Source: an uncultured Acidobacteriota bacterium
GTDB lineage: Bacteria; Acidobacteriota; Thermoanaerobaculia; UBA5066
Length of the DNA stretch: 64,000 nt
Assembly: GCA_963779415.1 (NCBI GenBank)
Contig: CAVZYA010000002.1
Location: 1,088,001 to 1,152,000, forward strand
Direction: 5' to 3'
Shown piece after piece: positions 21,207-31,637 of the stretch. The notes below the pieces were generated by a model. The model was given only the letters and a program-made list of their open reading frames with translations. It made no database searches and was not told where the DNA came from. How positions within the stretch are numbered: position 1 is the stretch's first letter; each line of letters opens with the position of its first letter. A program made the translations under genes and the position numbers.

Positions 21207-23887
21207 CTACGCCGACGCGAGCTGGCGGAGGACGAAGTGGAGGATGCCGCCGTTCCGGTAGTAGTCGACCTCGTTCGGGGTGTCGAGGCGGCAGGTGACG
21301 GTGAAGGTCGTCTTCTTGCCGTCCTCGGCCGTCGCGGTGACGGTCAGGTTCTTCTTGGGCGAGAGCTCCTTCGAGATGCCGGAAATCGCGAAGCTCTCCT
21401 TTCCCGTCAGGCCGAGCGACGCCGCGTCCTGCCCGGCCTCGAACTGGAGCGGGAGGACCCCCATCCCGGCGAGGTTCGAGCGGTGGATCCGCTCGAAGCT
21501 CTTCGCGATCACCGCCTTGATTCCGAGGAGGTACGTCCCCTTCGCGGCCCAGTCGCGCGAGCTGCCGGTCCCGTACTCGGCGCCGGCCACCACGACGAGG
21601 GGAGTCTTCGCCGCCTGGTACTTCATCGACGCGTCGTAGATGGAGATTTGCTCGTTCGTCGGGAAGTGGAGCGTGACGTTTCCCTCGCTCCCGGGAATGA
21701 GGAGGTTCCGGAGCCGGATGTTGCCGAAGGTGCCGCGCATCATGACTTCGTGATTGCCGCGGCGGGCGCCGTAGGAGTTGAAGTCCTTCTGCTCGACGCC
21801 GTGCTCGACGAGGTACTTCGCGGCCGGCGACGTCTTCGCGATGTTTCCGGCCGGGGAAATGTGGTCGGTCGTGACGGAGTCGCCCAGGAGAACGAGACAG
21901 CGGGCGCCCGAGATCTCCTTCACCGGGGCCGGCTCCTTCGCGATCTTCTCGAAGAAGGGGGGCTTACGGACGTAGGTGGACTTCTCCTCCCAGAGATAGG
22001 TCCGCCCCTTCGGCACCTTCAGCCCCTGCCAGTTCCGGTCCCCGTCGAACACCTCGCCGTAGGCCTTCTTGAACTGCGAAGGCTTGAGGGAGGAGATCAT
22101 CGCCGCCTGGATCTCTTCCGGGGCCGGCCAGATGTCCTTGAGAAAGACCGGCGTCCCGTTCCGGTCGACGCCGAGCGGCTCGGTCACGAGGTCCTTGTCC
22201 ATCTCGCCGGCCAGCGCGTACGCCACGACGAGCGGCGGCGAGGCGAGGTAGTTCATCTTCACCTGCGGGTTGATCCGCCCTTCGAAGTTGCGGTTCCCGG
22301 AAAGGACTCCCGCCACGACGAGGTCGGCGCTCTTCACGGCCTCCGACACGGCTTTCGGGGAGCGGGCCGGAGTTGCCGATGCAGGTCGTGCAGCCGTAGC
22401 CGACGAGGTGGAATCCGAGCGCCTCGAGATACGGCATGAGGCCGGCGTCGGTGAGGTAGTCGGTCACGACCTTGGAGCCGGGGGCGAGCGAGGTCTTCAC
22501 CCACGGCTTCACGGTGAGGCCGCGCTCGACGGCCTTCTTCGCGAGGAGGCCGGCGCCGAGGAGGACCGACGGGTTCGAGGTGTTCGTGCAGGAGGTGATG
22601 GCGGCGATGACGACGCCTCCCTGCGGGATCTCGTACGAGATCCGCCCGTCCTTCACCGAGCCGGTCTTCGCGTCGGAGCCCGCGGGCTGCTTCTCGAGGA
22701 AGACCTTGAGCGACTCGCGGAACGCCTTCTTCGACTCCCGGAGCGGGACGCGGTCCTGCGGCCGGCGCGGCCCGGCGAGGGAGGGCTCGACGTCCGCGAG
22801 ATTCAGCTCCAGCGTGTCGGTGAACACGGGCTCGGGCGAATCCTTCGTCCGGAAGAGCCCCTGCTTCTTGCAGTAGGCCTCGGCGAGGGCGACGGTCTTC
22901 GCCGGGCGCCCGGTGAACTTCAGGTACCGGATCGTCTCGGCGTCGACGGGGAAGAAGCCCATCGTGGCGCCGTACTCCGGGGCCATGTTGGCGATCGTGG
23001 CGCGGTCGGTCAGGGCGAGCGCGGCGACGCCGGGCCCGTAGAACTCGACGAACTTCCCGACGACCCCCTTCTTCCGGAGCATCTGGGTCACGGTCAGGAC
23101 GAGGTCGGTCGCCGTCGCGCCGGCGGGGAGCGTCCCCTTCAGCTTGAAGCCGACGACATCGGGGATCAGCATCGACTGCGGCTGGCCGAGAAGGGCGGCC
23201 TCCGCCTCGATCCCGCCGACGCCCCAGCCGAGAACGCCGAGCCCGTTGATCATCGTCGTGTGGCTGTCGGTCCCGACGACCGTGTCGGGATAGGCGGTCT
23301 TCCCCTCGCCCGAAAAGACGACGCTCGCGAGGTACTCGAGGTTCACCTGGTGGCAGATCCCGGTGTCGGGGGGGACGACGCGGAAGTTCCGGAAGGCGTT
23401 CTGTCCCCAGCGGAGGAAGGCGTACCGCTCCCGGTTCCGCTCGAACTCGATCTGGGCGTTCGCGGCGAACGCCGTGCGTAGAGGCGAACTGGTCGACGAT
23501 GACGGAGTGGTCGATGACGAGGTCGGCCGGAGCCAGGGGGTTGATCTTCTCGGGGTTTCCGCCCATTTCGGCCAGCGCCTCGCGCATCGTCGCGAGGTCG
23601 ACGACGGCCGGGACGCCGGTGAAGTCCTGCAGAAGGACGCGCGCCGGGCGGAAGGCGATCTCCCGGTCGGTCGGCTTCTTCACGTCCCGCGTCGCGAGAG
23701 CCTCGATGTCCTCTTTGTGGACGGAGCGGCCGTCCTCGTGCCGGAGGAGGTTCTCGAGGAGGATCCGGAGGGAGAAGGGGAGCTTCCGGACCCGGGGAAA
23801 CTTCTTCTCGAGGGCCTTGAGGTCGTAGATCGTGTAGCTTGCAGATCCCACCTTGAGGCGGGTCTTCGTGTTGTAGCTGTCGTGCAT
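21207..23887 (-). CDS. acnA: Aconitate hydratase A (frameshifts near 23470 and 22355, probably assembly errors)
   Basis: [63 protein letters not shown] and [10 protein letters not shown] motifs. Confidence 0.92.
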
Positions 23888-23991
23888 GGGACCTCCGAAA
23901 GCTCCGCTGGAGGCGGGCGGCGGAATTCTAGTTGAGGGAGGGGCTCTTTCGACCGGCAGACGGCCCGATCTGATGCATCTGCTTCTCCGAA

Positions 23992-24687
23992 TCAGCGGGC
24001 CGACGCCGGGGAGGGGGCACCGGCCGGGAGGCGCGAGATCCGCCGGACCATCTCGTCCCACTCCGAATGCGTGAGCGCCTTCTGGAGGGCGGCGACGCTC
24101 GCAGCGAACCGGTCGTCCAGCTTCGCCTGAGTCTTGTCGAATCCCTCGATCCCCGACACGAAGTCGTCCCGCCTGGAACTCTGTTTTTCGAGGAGGCGGA
24201 AAAGCTCTCTCCGCGCCGCCTCCCGGTCTTCGGAGTTCCGTTCCACGACGTTTCCCATCTCCTTGAGGGCCTTGTCGATCTGCGGGCGCCGCGCCGGGTC
24301 GCTCACGAGCGAGGGAATTTCATTCTTGACGCCCTCGAAGAGCGTCGGCTCCGGGCCGCTGGACGTGAAGTCCTCGACCAGTTTCTTCCACTGGTCCTTC
24401 GGGAAGTCGCCCCGGACGGCGAGAAGCGCCTCGACGGCGTCGAGCGCGGCGAGCCGCCGCGTCCTGCGGAAATTCTCGAGGGCCATGTAATGGTCGGACG
24501 CCGTCGCGCCCCAGGTGAGGAAGACGGATTTCCGCTGGGCGTCGGCCTGCCGGATCGTCGTGACGGCCTTCTCGATGCGCGCCTGCGTGGCCGGGTCGAG
24601 GCTGCCCTGCTGGGCAGGGGCGGAGATCGCGGCGGCGAGAAAGGCCACGAGGCCGAAAGTGCGGAACGCCGTCGAGGAAGAACTCAT
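23992..24687 (-). CDS. Hypothetical secreted alpha-helical protein
   Basis: Signal peptide; two similar helical halves, each ending in a QWKKL/EWDEM-like motif. Confidence 0.55.
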   Translation of the reverse strand: MSSSSTAFRTFGLVAFLAAAISAPAQQGSLDPATQARIEKAVTTIRQADAQRKSVFLTWGATASDHYMALENFRRTRRLAALDAVEALLAVRGDFPKDQWKKLVEDFTSSGPEPTLFEGVKNEIPSLVSDPARRPQIDKALKEMGNVVERNSEDREAARRELFRLLEKQSSRRDDFVSGIEGFDKTQAKLDDRFAASVAALQKALTHSEWDEMVRRISRLPAGAPSPASAR

Positions 24688-24827
24688 GTTCGGAAGTCGC
24701 CGAAGCACCTGCATCATGCCACGAGCGTCCGGAACAGGGCCGGGCGCCGCGCCTCACCTCTCCACTTCCGCTATATTCCCCCGGCCCCGGAACGCTCGAC
24801 CGACGGTTTCGAGCGGGAGGATTCCCC

Positions 24828-26822
24828 GTGAGATCGCGTCCCCCGCTTCTATCGGGGGGTATCGCTCCGCTTCTTCTGGTCACGTGCCTCTCGGCGTTCC
24901 CCTCCGGGGCCGAGGAGCGGTTTCACCTTTTCCCGGAGACCGAAGGCCCTCCACCCTCGCCGCGCCTCCGCAGCCAGGTCGAGGGCTTACCGCCCGCCTC
25001 GCCGCTCGCGGAATTCACCGCGGCGACGGCCCTGCCCGTCTCCTCTCAGGCGCCCTCACTTCCGCCGGAGATCCTCCCCCCTATCCGACGGAGAAGCGCT
25101 TCGCGGCGGCGGCGCTCGAGACGATCGGGCTCGATCTCGTTCCCTGGTACCTCAACCGCTACGCCGCCGACTCTTTCTTCGCCGAGATCTCCACGGCGTC
25201 CACCCGGCACAACCTCCAGACAGGCTTCACGTACGACCACGATCCGTTCCCGACCAACCAGGCGTCGCACCCGTACCACGGGAGCGCCTACTTCAACGCG
25301 GCCCGGACGAACGGCTACTCGTTCTGAGAGTCGGCCCCCTTCGCGCTCGCCGGCAGCTTCTTATGGGAGATGTTCTCGGAGAGCCAGCCCCCCTCGATTC
25401 CCGATCTCGTCCAGACGACCTTGGGCGGCATGGCCTGGGGCGAGGGCCAGTTCCGTATCGCGAACATGATCTTCGACAACACGAAGAGCGGCTCCGAGAG
25501 GTTTCTCCGGGAGGCAGCGGGGCTCGTAGTGAACCCGATGGCCGGCTTCAACCGGCTTCTCCGCGGCGAGATGTGGAAGGACTTCCAGAACCCGCCGGAC
25601 CGCTATCCGGGCCGGCTCTACACGGAGCTGGACGGCGCCTACATCCACAATGGCGGGGCGGCGGCCGAAGGGACCTATCGGGACCAGGGAGGCGTCTCCG
25701 TCCTTCTGCGCTATGGAGACCCGTTCGACGGGGACCTCCGGCGCCCGTTCGACAGCTTCGAGGTCCTGCTGGGCCTTAGAGAGCCGGCTCCCGTCCTCCT
25801 GACGCGGCTCGACATCGACGGGCTTCTCGCGGAGTGGAAGCTCTCCGAAGAACCGGCGTCCGGGCAGAGGCTCGCGCTCTTTTTTGCCGGCTACTACCTC
25901 AACACGCCCCCCTGGGTCTTCGGGGCACAGGCTTTCGGCGTGCGCCACCTGACTCTCGTTCCGCTCGGAAGGGAAACCGATCTCCGGACAGAGGCTTCGG
26001 TGATGGGGATGCCGCTCGCGGCCTTTGGCGTCGACTATCCCGAGACGGGCATGGCAAGCCCGATCGGCCGGACGTACGACTACGGGCCGGGGCTCGGGGC
26101 GCAGGCGAGCGCCCGGGTGAGGCGGCGCGAGGTCGACCTTCTCGTCCTCTCCTGGTCGCTCATCGGCACCACCACGTCCAACGGCATCTCGAATCACAGC
26201 CGACTCCAGACGCTTTCCGCCGAGGCCCGGGCACCGCTCACCTCCCACCTCCTTCTCGGTGGAGCCTGGTCCTGGAGCGAGCGGCTGACCACGTACCCGT
26301 CTCTTTCCACGGTCCGTCTCGCCGGCACGTCGTGGAGCCTCCTCGCCGGGTGGGCGATCCCCGAAAGCCGGGGAGTTCCGGACCGGGGAAACGAGACGCC
26401 GGCTTCGCCGCCTGCCGGGCCGGACGTCGCCGGGCGCTTCGACTTGAGCGCGTTCGCGGGAGCTCTCTTCGGCACCCGTGACGGTCGACAACTGGGAGCT
26501 GGACGGTCTCTTCGGATTCGGCAGCCGGACGGTACGTGGCTATGTCGGCGTCGGGGGAGGCTTTCAGTCGATCCGCCCCTCCGTTCCCAGCCTCGACGCC
26601 TCGAGGGCGACCACGCGTTTCGCCGCGAACATCGCGCTCGGCGGGCTCTACTTCGTCACTCCCCATATCGCGCTGCGTGCGGACGGCCGTTACCGCTGGC
26701 GCGTGGCCGACGAGCGGGTCGGCAGTTTCGGCTGCGAGCCCGAGCCGATCGGCTGCAAGCCCTTCACGACGGATCTTTACTCGACGGGCGAGGTGACCGG
26801 CGGGGTGACCTTTCGCTTCTGA
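24828..26822 (+). CDS. DUF3943-type outer-membrane protein with a fused second small beta-barrel; disrupted (frameshift about 25078, TGA at 25325, frameshift about 26478)
   Basis: DPFPTNQASHPYHGSAYFNAARTNGYSF*ES..GSFLWE..PSIPDLVQTTLGG; RTYDYGPG; C-terminal GEVTGGVTFRF. Confidence 0.65.
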
Positions 26823-26995
26823 GCGGAAGCCCGTGTCGCGGCCTTCGATAAGACGGGGACGAAGGTTCCGGGGGGACGGGGGCCCGAAGCCTGAGGGGAA
26901 GTTCGAGGACGCCGTCCCCGCTCTCCTCTTCGCCGCCTCCGCCATCGTGACGGGGCTGGTCGGCCGCGCGCAGGGAGTCGCCGCGAAACCGCCGC

Positions 26996-27472
26996 TCAGC
27001 GCTCCGAAAGCTCCGCGGCGAAGGTCGCTGAGTCGACGACGCGCACGCCTTTCGAGGCGAGGGAAGAGAAGTGGCGGAGGTTATCCGTGACCACCACGGT
27101 CGCCGCCGCCTGACGAGCGATCTCGCCGATGTGCGCGTCGTAAACACGTCCGCCGACCAGATGCCCCTGGGTCAGGCCCATCAAGAAGGGCCGTCGGACG
27201 GCGCTCGGCAACTCCAGAATCTGAAACCTGCCGAGGATCTCTTCTTCCATCAGGCGGCAAGCGTCCGCCGGCGACAGGCGAAACTCCTCGGGCAGGCGGG
27301 TCGAAACCGCGAAGAACTCCAGGCAGCAGTGCCATGCCGTGAGCGGCCGAAGGAGCCGGCCCTCGGCGACCGACGTCAGGATCTCCTGGGCGGGTCGGGG
27401 CGCGGGACCGATCTCGACGAGGCCCGCGAGAAGGACGCTCGTGTCGAGGAATACCCGCGTCAAACGGGCCAT
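26996..27472 (-). CDS. vapC: PIN-domain (VapC-like) toxin
   Basis: VFLDTSVL, CLEFF, VYDAHI and VTDNLRHF acidic PIN motifs. Confidence 0.85.
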   Translation of the reverse strand: MARLTRVFLDTSVLLAGLVEIGPAPRPAQEILTSVAEGRLLRPLTAWHCCLEFFAVSTRLPEEFRLSPADACRLMEEEILGRFQILELPSAVRRPFLMGLTQGHLVGGRVYDAHIGEIARQAAATVVVTDNLRHFSSLASKGVRVVDSATFAAELSER

Positions 27473-27717
27473 CGGCTCCGCTCTTCCTCCACGAGGGCGG
27501 CGATATCAAGCGTTGGGAGGTCTCGCGCCGGCACGGATGGCCGGGCCAGCAGCCTTCGGCCCACCTTTACGAGACGGGGTCCGGGTACCTTCCGAAACAG
27601 CCGCACCGACACATCGTCCAGTACGACCTCCAGCGTCGTGCCGGGCCGGAGCCCGGCGCGCGCGCGAAGGGGGGCCGGAATGACCACCCGCCCTGCCTTG
27701 TCAATGGTTGTTCGCAT
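27460..27717 (-). CDS. AbrB/MazE/SpoVT family antitoxin
   Basis: MRTTIDKAGRVVIPAPLRARAGLRPG; overlaps the PIN gene. Confidence 0.88.
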   Translation of the reverse strand: MRTTIDKAGRVVIPAPLRARAGLRPGTTLEVVLDDVSVRLFRKVPGPRLVKVGRRLLARPSVPARDLPTLDIAALVEEERSRWPV

Positions 27718-27735
27718 GCCATCAATCTACCATAC
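27718..27735 (-). promoter_or_regulatory. Probable extended -10 leaderless promoter of the antitoxin
   Basis: Minus strand TGgTAGATTgatggcATG; no Shine-Dalgarno sequence. Confidence 0.45.
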
Positions 27736-27819
27736 ACACGGCTCGTCCGGCATCTGCTGAGGATCCGGGGTCCGCCCGGTTCCGGCCGAAGCGCCAGGCC
27801 GGCCGGGCCGTGGGCCGTC

Positions 27820-28365
27820 GTGGCGGCCTGGGGACCCGGCGGTTGGGCGGCGACGAGCGGAAACGTCTACCACCAATACGGAGCGACGTCGGGCGTCTCC
27901 CGCAGCTCGGCCGGCTACAACGCCTGGACCGGGAACTCCTGGAGCAGCAAGGTAGGGACCTCGTACAACTCTGTGACCGGACGCGTCTCGGCGGGGCAGA
28001 CGGCCTCCGTCTCGAACGCGTACACCGGCAACTACGCTACCGGCAGCCGGGGCGCGACGTACAACCCGACGACAGGCGTAGCCGCATCCGGCGGGAAAGC
28101 CACCGTTGGGAACGCATACACCGGTCAACAGGCCACGGTGGGGCACGCCGAAATGAGCGGGCCGGGCGGCCAGACCGCCCGCGTTCAGCAGGTGAACGGC
28201 AACACCTACGCCGAGAAGGACGGCAGCGTCTACAAGAACAGCGGCAGCGGGTGGCAGCAGAACAACGGCAGCGGAGGGAACAGAAGCTACGGCGGGGGTG
28301 GTGGCGGCAGAAGCTGGGGCGGCGGCGGCAGCTTCGGCGGCTTCCACGGAGGCGGGCGCCGCTGA
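27820..28365 (+). pseudogene. 5'-truncated Gly/Asn/Tyr-rich C-terminal remnant of a large secreted protein
   Basis: No RBS or signal peptide; NTYAEKDGSVYK..GWQQ resembles NDVYADRSGNVYR..GQWQK of the 39804-42035 protein. Confidence 0.5.
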
Positions 28366-28379
28366 CCTAGAATCTCCCC

Positions 28380-29174
28380 GTGGATTCTTTACGGCCGTTC
28401 CACGCCACCGCCCCGTGGCTTCTTGCGGCCTTTCTCACCGCCCCGCTCTCCGCGGCGGCCGGGTTTTTCGACGATCTGCCACGCCGTGGCTACATCCAGC
28501 AGGACGCACAGGTCGACGCCGTCCGGCGGGGCTCCGGGGTCGATCGGAGCGTCGTCGCGACGATCCGCTACCTCTCCATCCGCCTCGATCCCGGGAGCCG
28601 CGGAATCGCGATGGACCTCTGGCCGGTCCGATCGATGCTTCTCGTCGAGTACGCCGACGGCACGCGGATCGTCTTCGAGCGCGTCGACCGGGCGCCGGAC
28701 CCGAGCCACCCCGGGGACGGGGCGCCGGTCGGCAGGATCGGCCTCGACGGAAATGCCGTCGAGCTGTTTCGGCGGATTCCCGGAGCCGGCGGCGGCGCGC
28801 CGCTCCCGAACGCCTGCTCGGGGGCGTACGACGTTCTCGTCGCGGGAGGTCGGAATTTTCCCGTCGCGCCGGAGGACCTCGACGCCCCGACCGTGCGGGC
28901 GGGAATCGCCCGCTTTCTCGACGCGGCTCTCTCGTCGGGAGATCGAGAGACGATCGACCGGAGCGTTCCCCTTGTCCGGCGCGCGTCGCAGTCGCAGACA
29001 TTTCCGCTCGGGCCGCTCGACGTCTTGAGGACGCTCTTCCCCGGCCGGGAGTTCGCCTCGGCCGCCGAGGGGATCACCTTCGAGCCGACGCAGGTGACCC
29101 CCCTCGACCTCGGAGGCGCCTTCCGGAGCCTGACCGACGCACCGGAGCTCCTCCCCGGACTCCCGGCGTACTGA
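28380..29174 (+). CDS. Hypothetical secreted protein
   Basis: Signal peptide (LLAAFLTAPLSAAA); first gene of a tightly packed run. Confidence 0.55.
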   Translation: MDSLRPFHATAPWLLAAFLTAPLSAAAGFFDDLPRRGYIQQDAQVDAVRRGSGVDRSVVATIRYLSIRLDPGSRGIAMDLWPVRSMLLVEYADGTRIVFERVDRAPDPSHPGDGAPVGRIGLDGNAVELFRRIPGAGGGAPLPNACSGAYDVLVAGGRNFPVAPEDLDAPTVRAGIARFLDAALSSGDRETIDRSVPLVRRASQSQTFPLGPLDVLRTLFPGREFASAAEGITFEPTQVTPLDLGGAFRSLTDAPELLPGLPAY

Positions 29175-29176
29175 CG

Positions 29177-29809
29177 ATGGTCGCCATTCGCCGCTCCGCC
29201 CTCACGCTCGTCGGATTCGTCCTCGGCGTCGCCGCGGCGGCGCCTCTCGCGGGACAGGAGGTCCGGATGGTCCGGTTCTTCCGCGACGGAAACCCGGGGA
29301 GCATCTCGAGCGTCCGGGTCTCGCGCACGACGCCCGACGGAGAGACGGTGATCTTCGCGATCCAGGGCCCGGCCGGCCGGCGGCTCTTCCTCAGGTGGCA
29401 GCCGTCGGATTCCGGGAGCGTCTTCCATGAGGTCTGGCTCGACGCGCGCCCCGGTCTTTCGGTGACGCGCCGCGGCCGCGAGCCCGCCGTCGTCGAAGGG
29501 GGCGGCTGGTCGCTCCAGCTCTTCGAGCCGGACCTCGGCCGGCGCACCGTCCGCTGCTGGCTCGGAATCGTCGCGTCGAAGGTCGACCCGCGCCTCCTGA
29601 CGGCGGCCGCCGACTTCGGGGCCCTCTACGAGGCTTCCGGCCTGGGCCCGCTCGACCCGGCGTTCTATCCGGTCTGGCTCCTCTGGCACGTGGACGAGCC
29701 CGCCTCCCTTCCGCCGGGCGGTCCCCTCAAGTCCGAAGCCGGGCCGTTCTCCGGCGCGCCGTGGGACGACCTCGCGCGACTCGGTCTCGAGGAACTGGGC
29801 CGGCCGTGA
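29177..29809 (+). CDS. Hypothetical secreted protein
   Basis: Signal peptide (MVAIRRSALTLVG..PLAG); stop overlaps the cytochrome b GTG. Confidence 0.55.
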   Translation: MVAIRRSALTLVGFVLGVAAAAPLAGQEVRMVRFFRDGNPGSISSVRVSRTTPDGETVIFAIQGPAGRRLFLRWQPSDSGSVFHEVWLDARPGLSVTRRGREPAVVEGGGWSLQLFEPDLGRRTVRCWLGIVASKVDPRLLTAAADFGALYEASGLGPLDPAFYPVWLLWHVDEPASLPPGGPLKSEAGPFSGAPWDDLARLGLEELGRP

Positions 29810-31155
29810 CGGGTCCGGACTCACCGCGGGCTCCGTCGGACACTCCCCCCCAGTCCTCCGCGAAGAAGCCGGGAGGCTTCGCCCATCTCCTCCTTCACCT
29901 CCATCCCAAGTTGGTCCCCGAGGAGACTCTCGCTCTGGAGCGGACGTTCGGCCTCGGGGGGGTGGCGCTCGTCCTCTTCCTCGTCCTGATCGCGAGCGGA
30001 GCGCTCCTTCTCTTCGCGTACGAGCCGTCCACCGAGCGTGCCTGGGGGGCGGTCCGCGCCCTGGAGGACGAGGTGCCGTTCGGCGGCTTCGTCCGCGCGG
30101 TCCACCACTGGGCCGGGAACCTCTTCCTCGTCGTCGCGGCCCTTCACCTCCTCCGCGTCTTCTATACGGGAGCGTACCTTCCGCCGCGCCGCTTCAACTG
30201 GCTTCTCGGCCTTGGCCTTCTCGCGCTCGTGGCGCTCGGAAACTTCACCGGCTACCTCCTCCCGTGGGATCAGCTCGCCTACTGGGCCGTGACGATCGGG
30301 ACGGGGATGCTGAAGTACGTCCCCCTCGCCGGCGAGGGGCTCGTCCGGATGGCGCGCGGGGGCGCGGACGTCTCTCCCAAGACGCTCTCCCTCTTCTTCG
30401 TCTTCCACATCGCCATCATTCCGATCCTCCTCTTCGGCCTCGTCTCGTTCCACTTCTGGCTCGTCCGGAAAGCGGGGGGGGTGATGCGGAGGAGCCCGGT
30501 GGAGGGCGCCGCCGCGCGGCCCCGGCTCGTCCCGGTGAGCCCCGACCTCATCGTCCGCGAAGGAGCCGCCGCGCTCGTCACTCTCGCGGCCGTCTTTCTT
30601 TCGGCCGCGATCTTAAGGGCTCCGCTGGAAACCGCCGCCAACCCCGGCCTCTCCCCGAATCCCGCGAAGGCACCCTGGTACTTCATGGGAGTCCAGGAGC
30701 TGCTCGTCCAGATCCACCCGACGTTCGCGGTCCTCGTCGTACCGCTTCTCGGCGCGGCATTCCTCGCTGGCCTCCCGTTTCTGCGCTATACGGAGCCGTC
30801 GGACGGGTGCTGGTTCCGCTCGGCGCGGGGACGGAGATCGGCGGCGCTTTCGGCCGTCGCGGCGCTCGTCCTGACGCCCTCCGCGATTCTTCTCGCCGAG
30901 CGCGGGATCCGGCCGGACCGGCTCTTTCCGAAGCTCGCCCCCGTTGTCTCCGCGGGCGTCCTCCCGCTCGCGATCTGGGCGATCCTGACCGGAGCACTTC
31001 TCTTCGCCCTCGTCCGGACGCTCTCTCTCTCTCGACTCGAGGCGGTTCAGGCGCTCTTTACCTTCATTTTCGTCGTCTTCCTCGTCCTCACCATCGTCGG
31101 CACTCTTTTTCGCGGGCCGAGCATGCGGCTCTTCCTTCCGGGAGGAGGGACATGA
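29806..31155 (+). CDS. Cytochrome b of a Rieske/cytb complex (b6 and subunit IV regions fused, extra C-terminal TMs)
   Basis: Four heme-ligand His (VHHW..ALHLLR, VFHIA..SFHFW), FTGYLLPWDQLAYWA, NPAKAPWYF. Confidence 0.88.
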   Translation: MTGPDSPRAPSDTPPQSSAKKPGGFAHLLLHLHPKLVPEETLALERTFGLGGVALVLFLVLIASGALLLFAYEPSTERAWGAVRALEDEVPFGGFVRAVHHWAGNLFLVVAALHLLRVFYTGAYLPPRRFNWLLGLGLLALVALGNFTGYLLPWDQLAYWAVTIGTGMLKYVPLAGEGLVRMARGGADVSPKTLSLFFVFHIAIIPILLFGLVSFHFWLVRKAGGVMRRSPVEGAAARPRLVPVSPDLIVREGAAALVTLAAVFLSAAILRAPLETAANPGLSPNPAKAPWYFMGVQELLVQIHPTFAVLVVPLLGAAFLAGLPFLRYTEPSDGCWFRSARGRRSAALSAVAALVLTPSAILLAERGIRPDRLFPKLAPVVSAGVLPLAIWAILTGALLFALVRTLSLSRLEAVQALFTFIFVVFLVLTIVGTLFRGPSMRLFLPGGGT

Positions 31156-31637
31156 CGCCGGAACCGGGCGTCTCCCGGCGGGGCGTTCTCGGCCACCTCT
31201 GGAAGATCCTCGGCCTGGCCGCGGCCGCGGAGGCGGCGGTCGTCATCGTGGCTTTCCTCTGGCCGCGCAAGGGGAAGGAGGGGGCGCGGGGCGGCCTCGT
31301 CGTGGCCGGCCCCGTCGCGGAGTTCACCCCTGCCTCGGTGACGCCTTTTCCTGCGCACCGCTTCTACCTCGTGAGGCTCACGGACGGCGGCTTTCTCGCC
31401 CTCTCGAGCATCTGCTCGCACCTCGAGTGCAGCGTTCCGTGGAACGAGAGGGACCGGACCTTCCCCTGTCCCTGCCACGGTTCCGTCTTCGACATGACGG
31501 GCGAGGTGAAGAGCCCCCCCGCGCCGCGCCCCCTCGACCTCTTTCCGGTCACGCTCGAAGGGGGGATCGTCCGCGTCGACACGAGCCGGAAGATCCGCCG
31601 CTCTAAGTTCGAGCCGTCGCAGGTCGTCCGCCTGTGA
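31152..31637 (+). CDS. Rieske 2Fe-2S protein
   Basis: SRRGVL Tat anchor; CSHLEC and CPCHGSVFD boxes. Confidence 0.92.
   Translation: MTPEPGVSRRGVLGHLWKILGLAAAAEAAVVIVAFLWPRKGKEGARGGLVVAGPVAEFTPASVTPFPAHRFYLVRLTDGGFLALSSICSHLECSVPWNERDRTFPCPCHGSVFDMTGEVKSPPAPRPLDLFPVTLEGGIVRVDTSRKIRRSKFEPSQVVRL

Noticed and set aside
21207-23887. acnA as a pseudogene or programmed frameshift
   Set aside because: All catalytic motifs are intact, no slippery site was recognised, and the window-wide indel pattern points to sequencing error
25325-25327. In-frame TGA suggesting selenocysteine or TGA=Trp
   Set aside because: The position fits Trp (GYSFWES), not a catalytic Cys; TGA is a normal stop throughout the window; a TGG to TGA error or mutation is more likely
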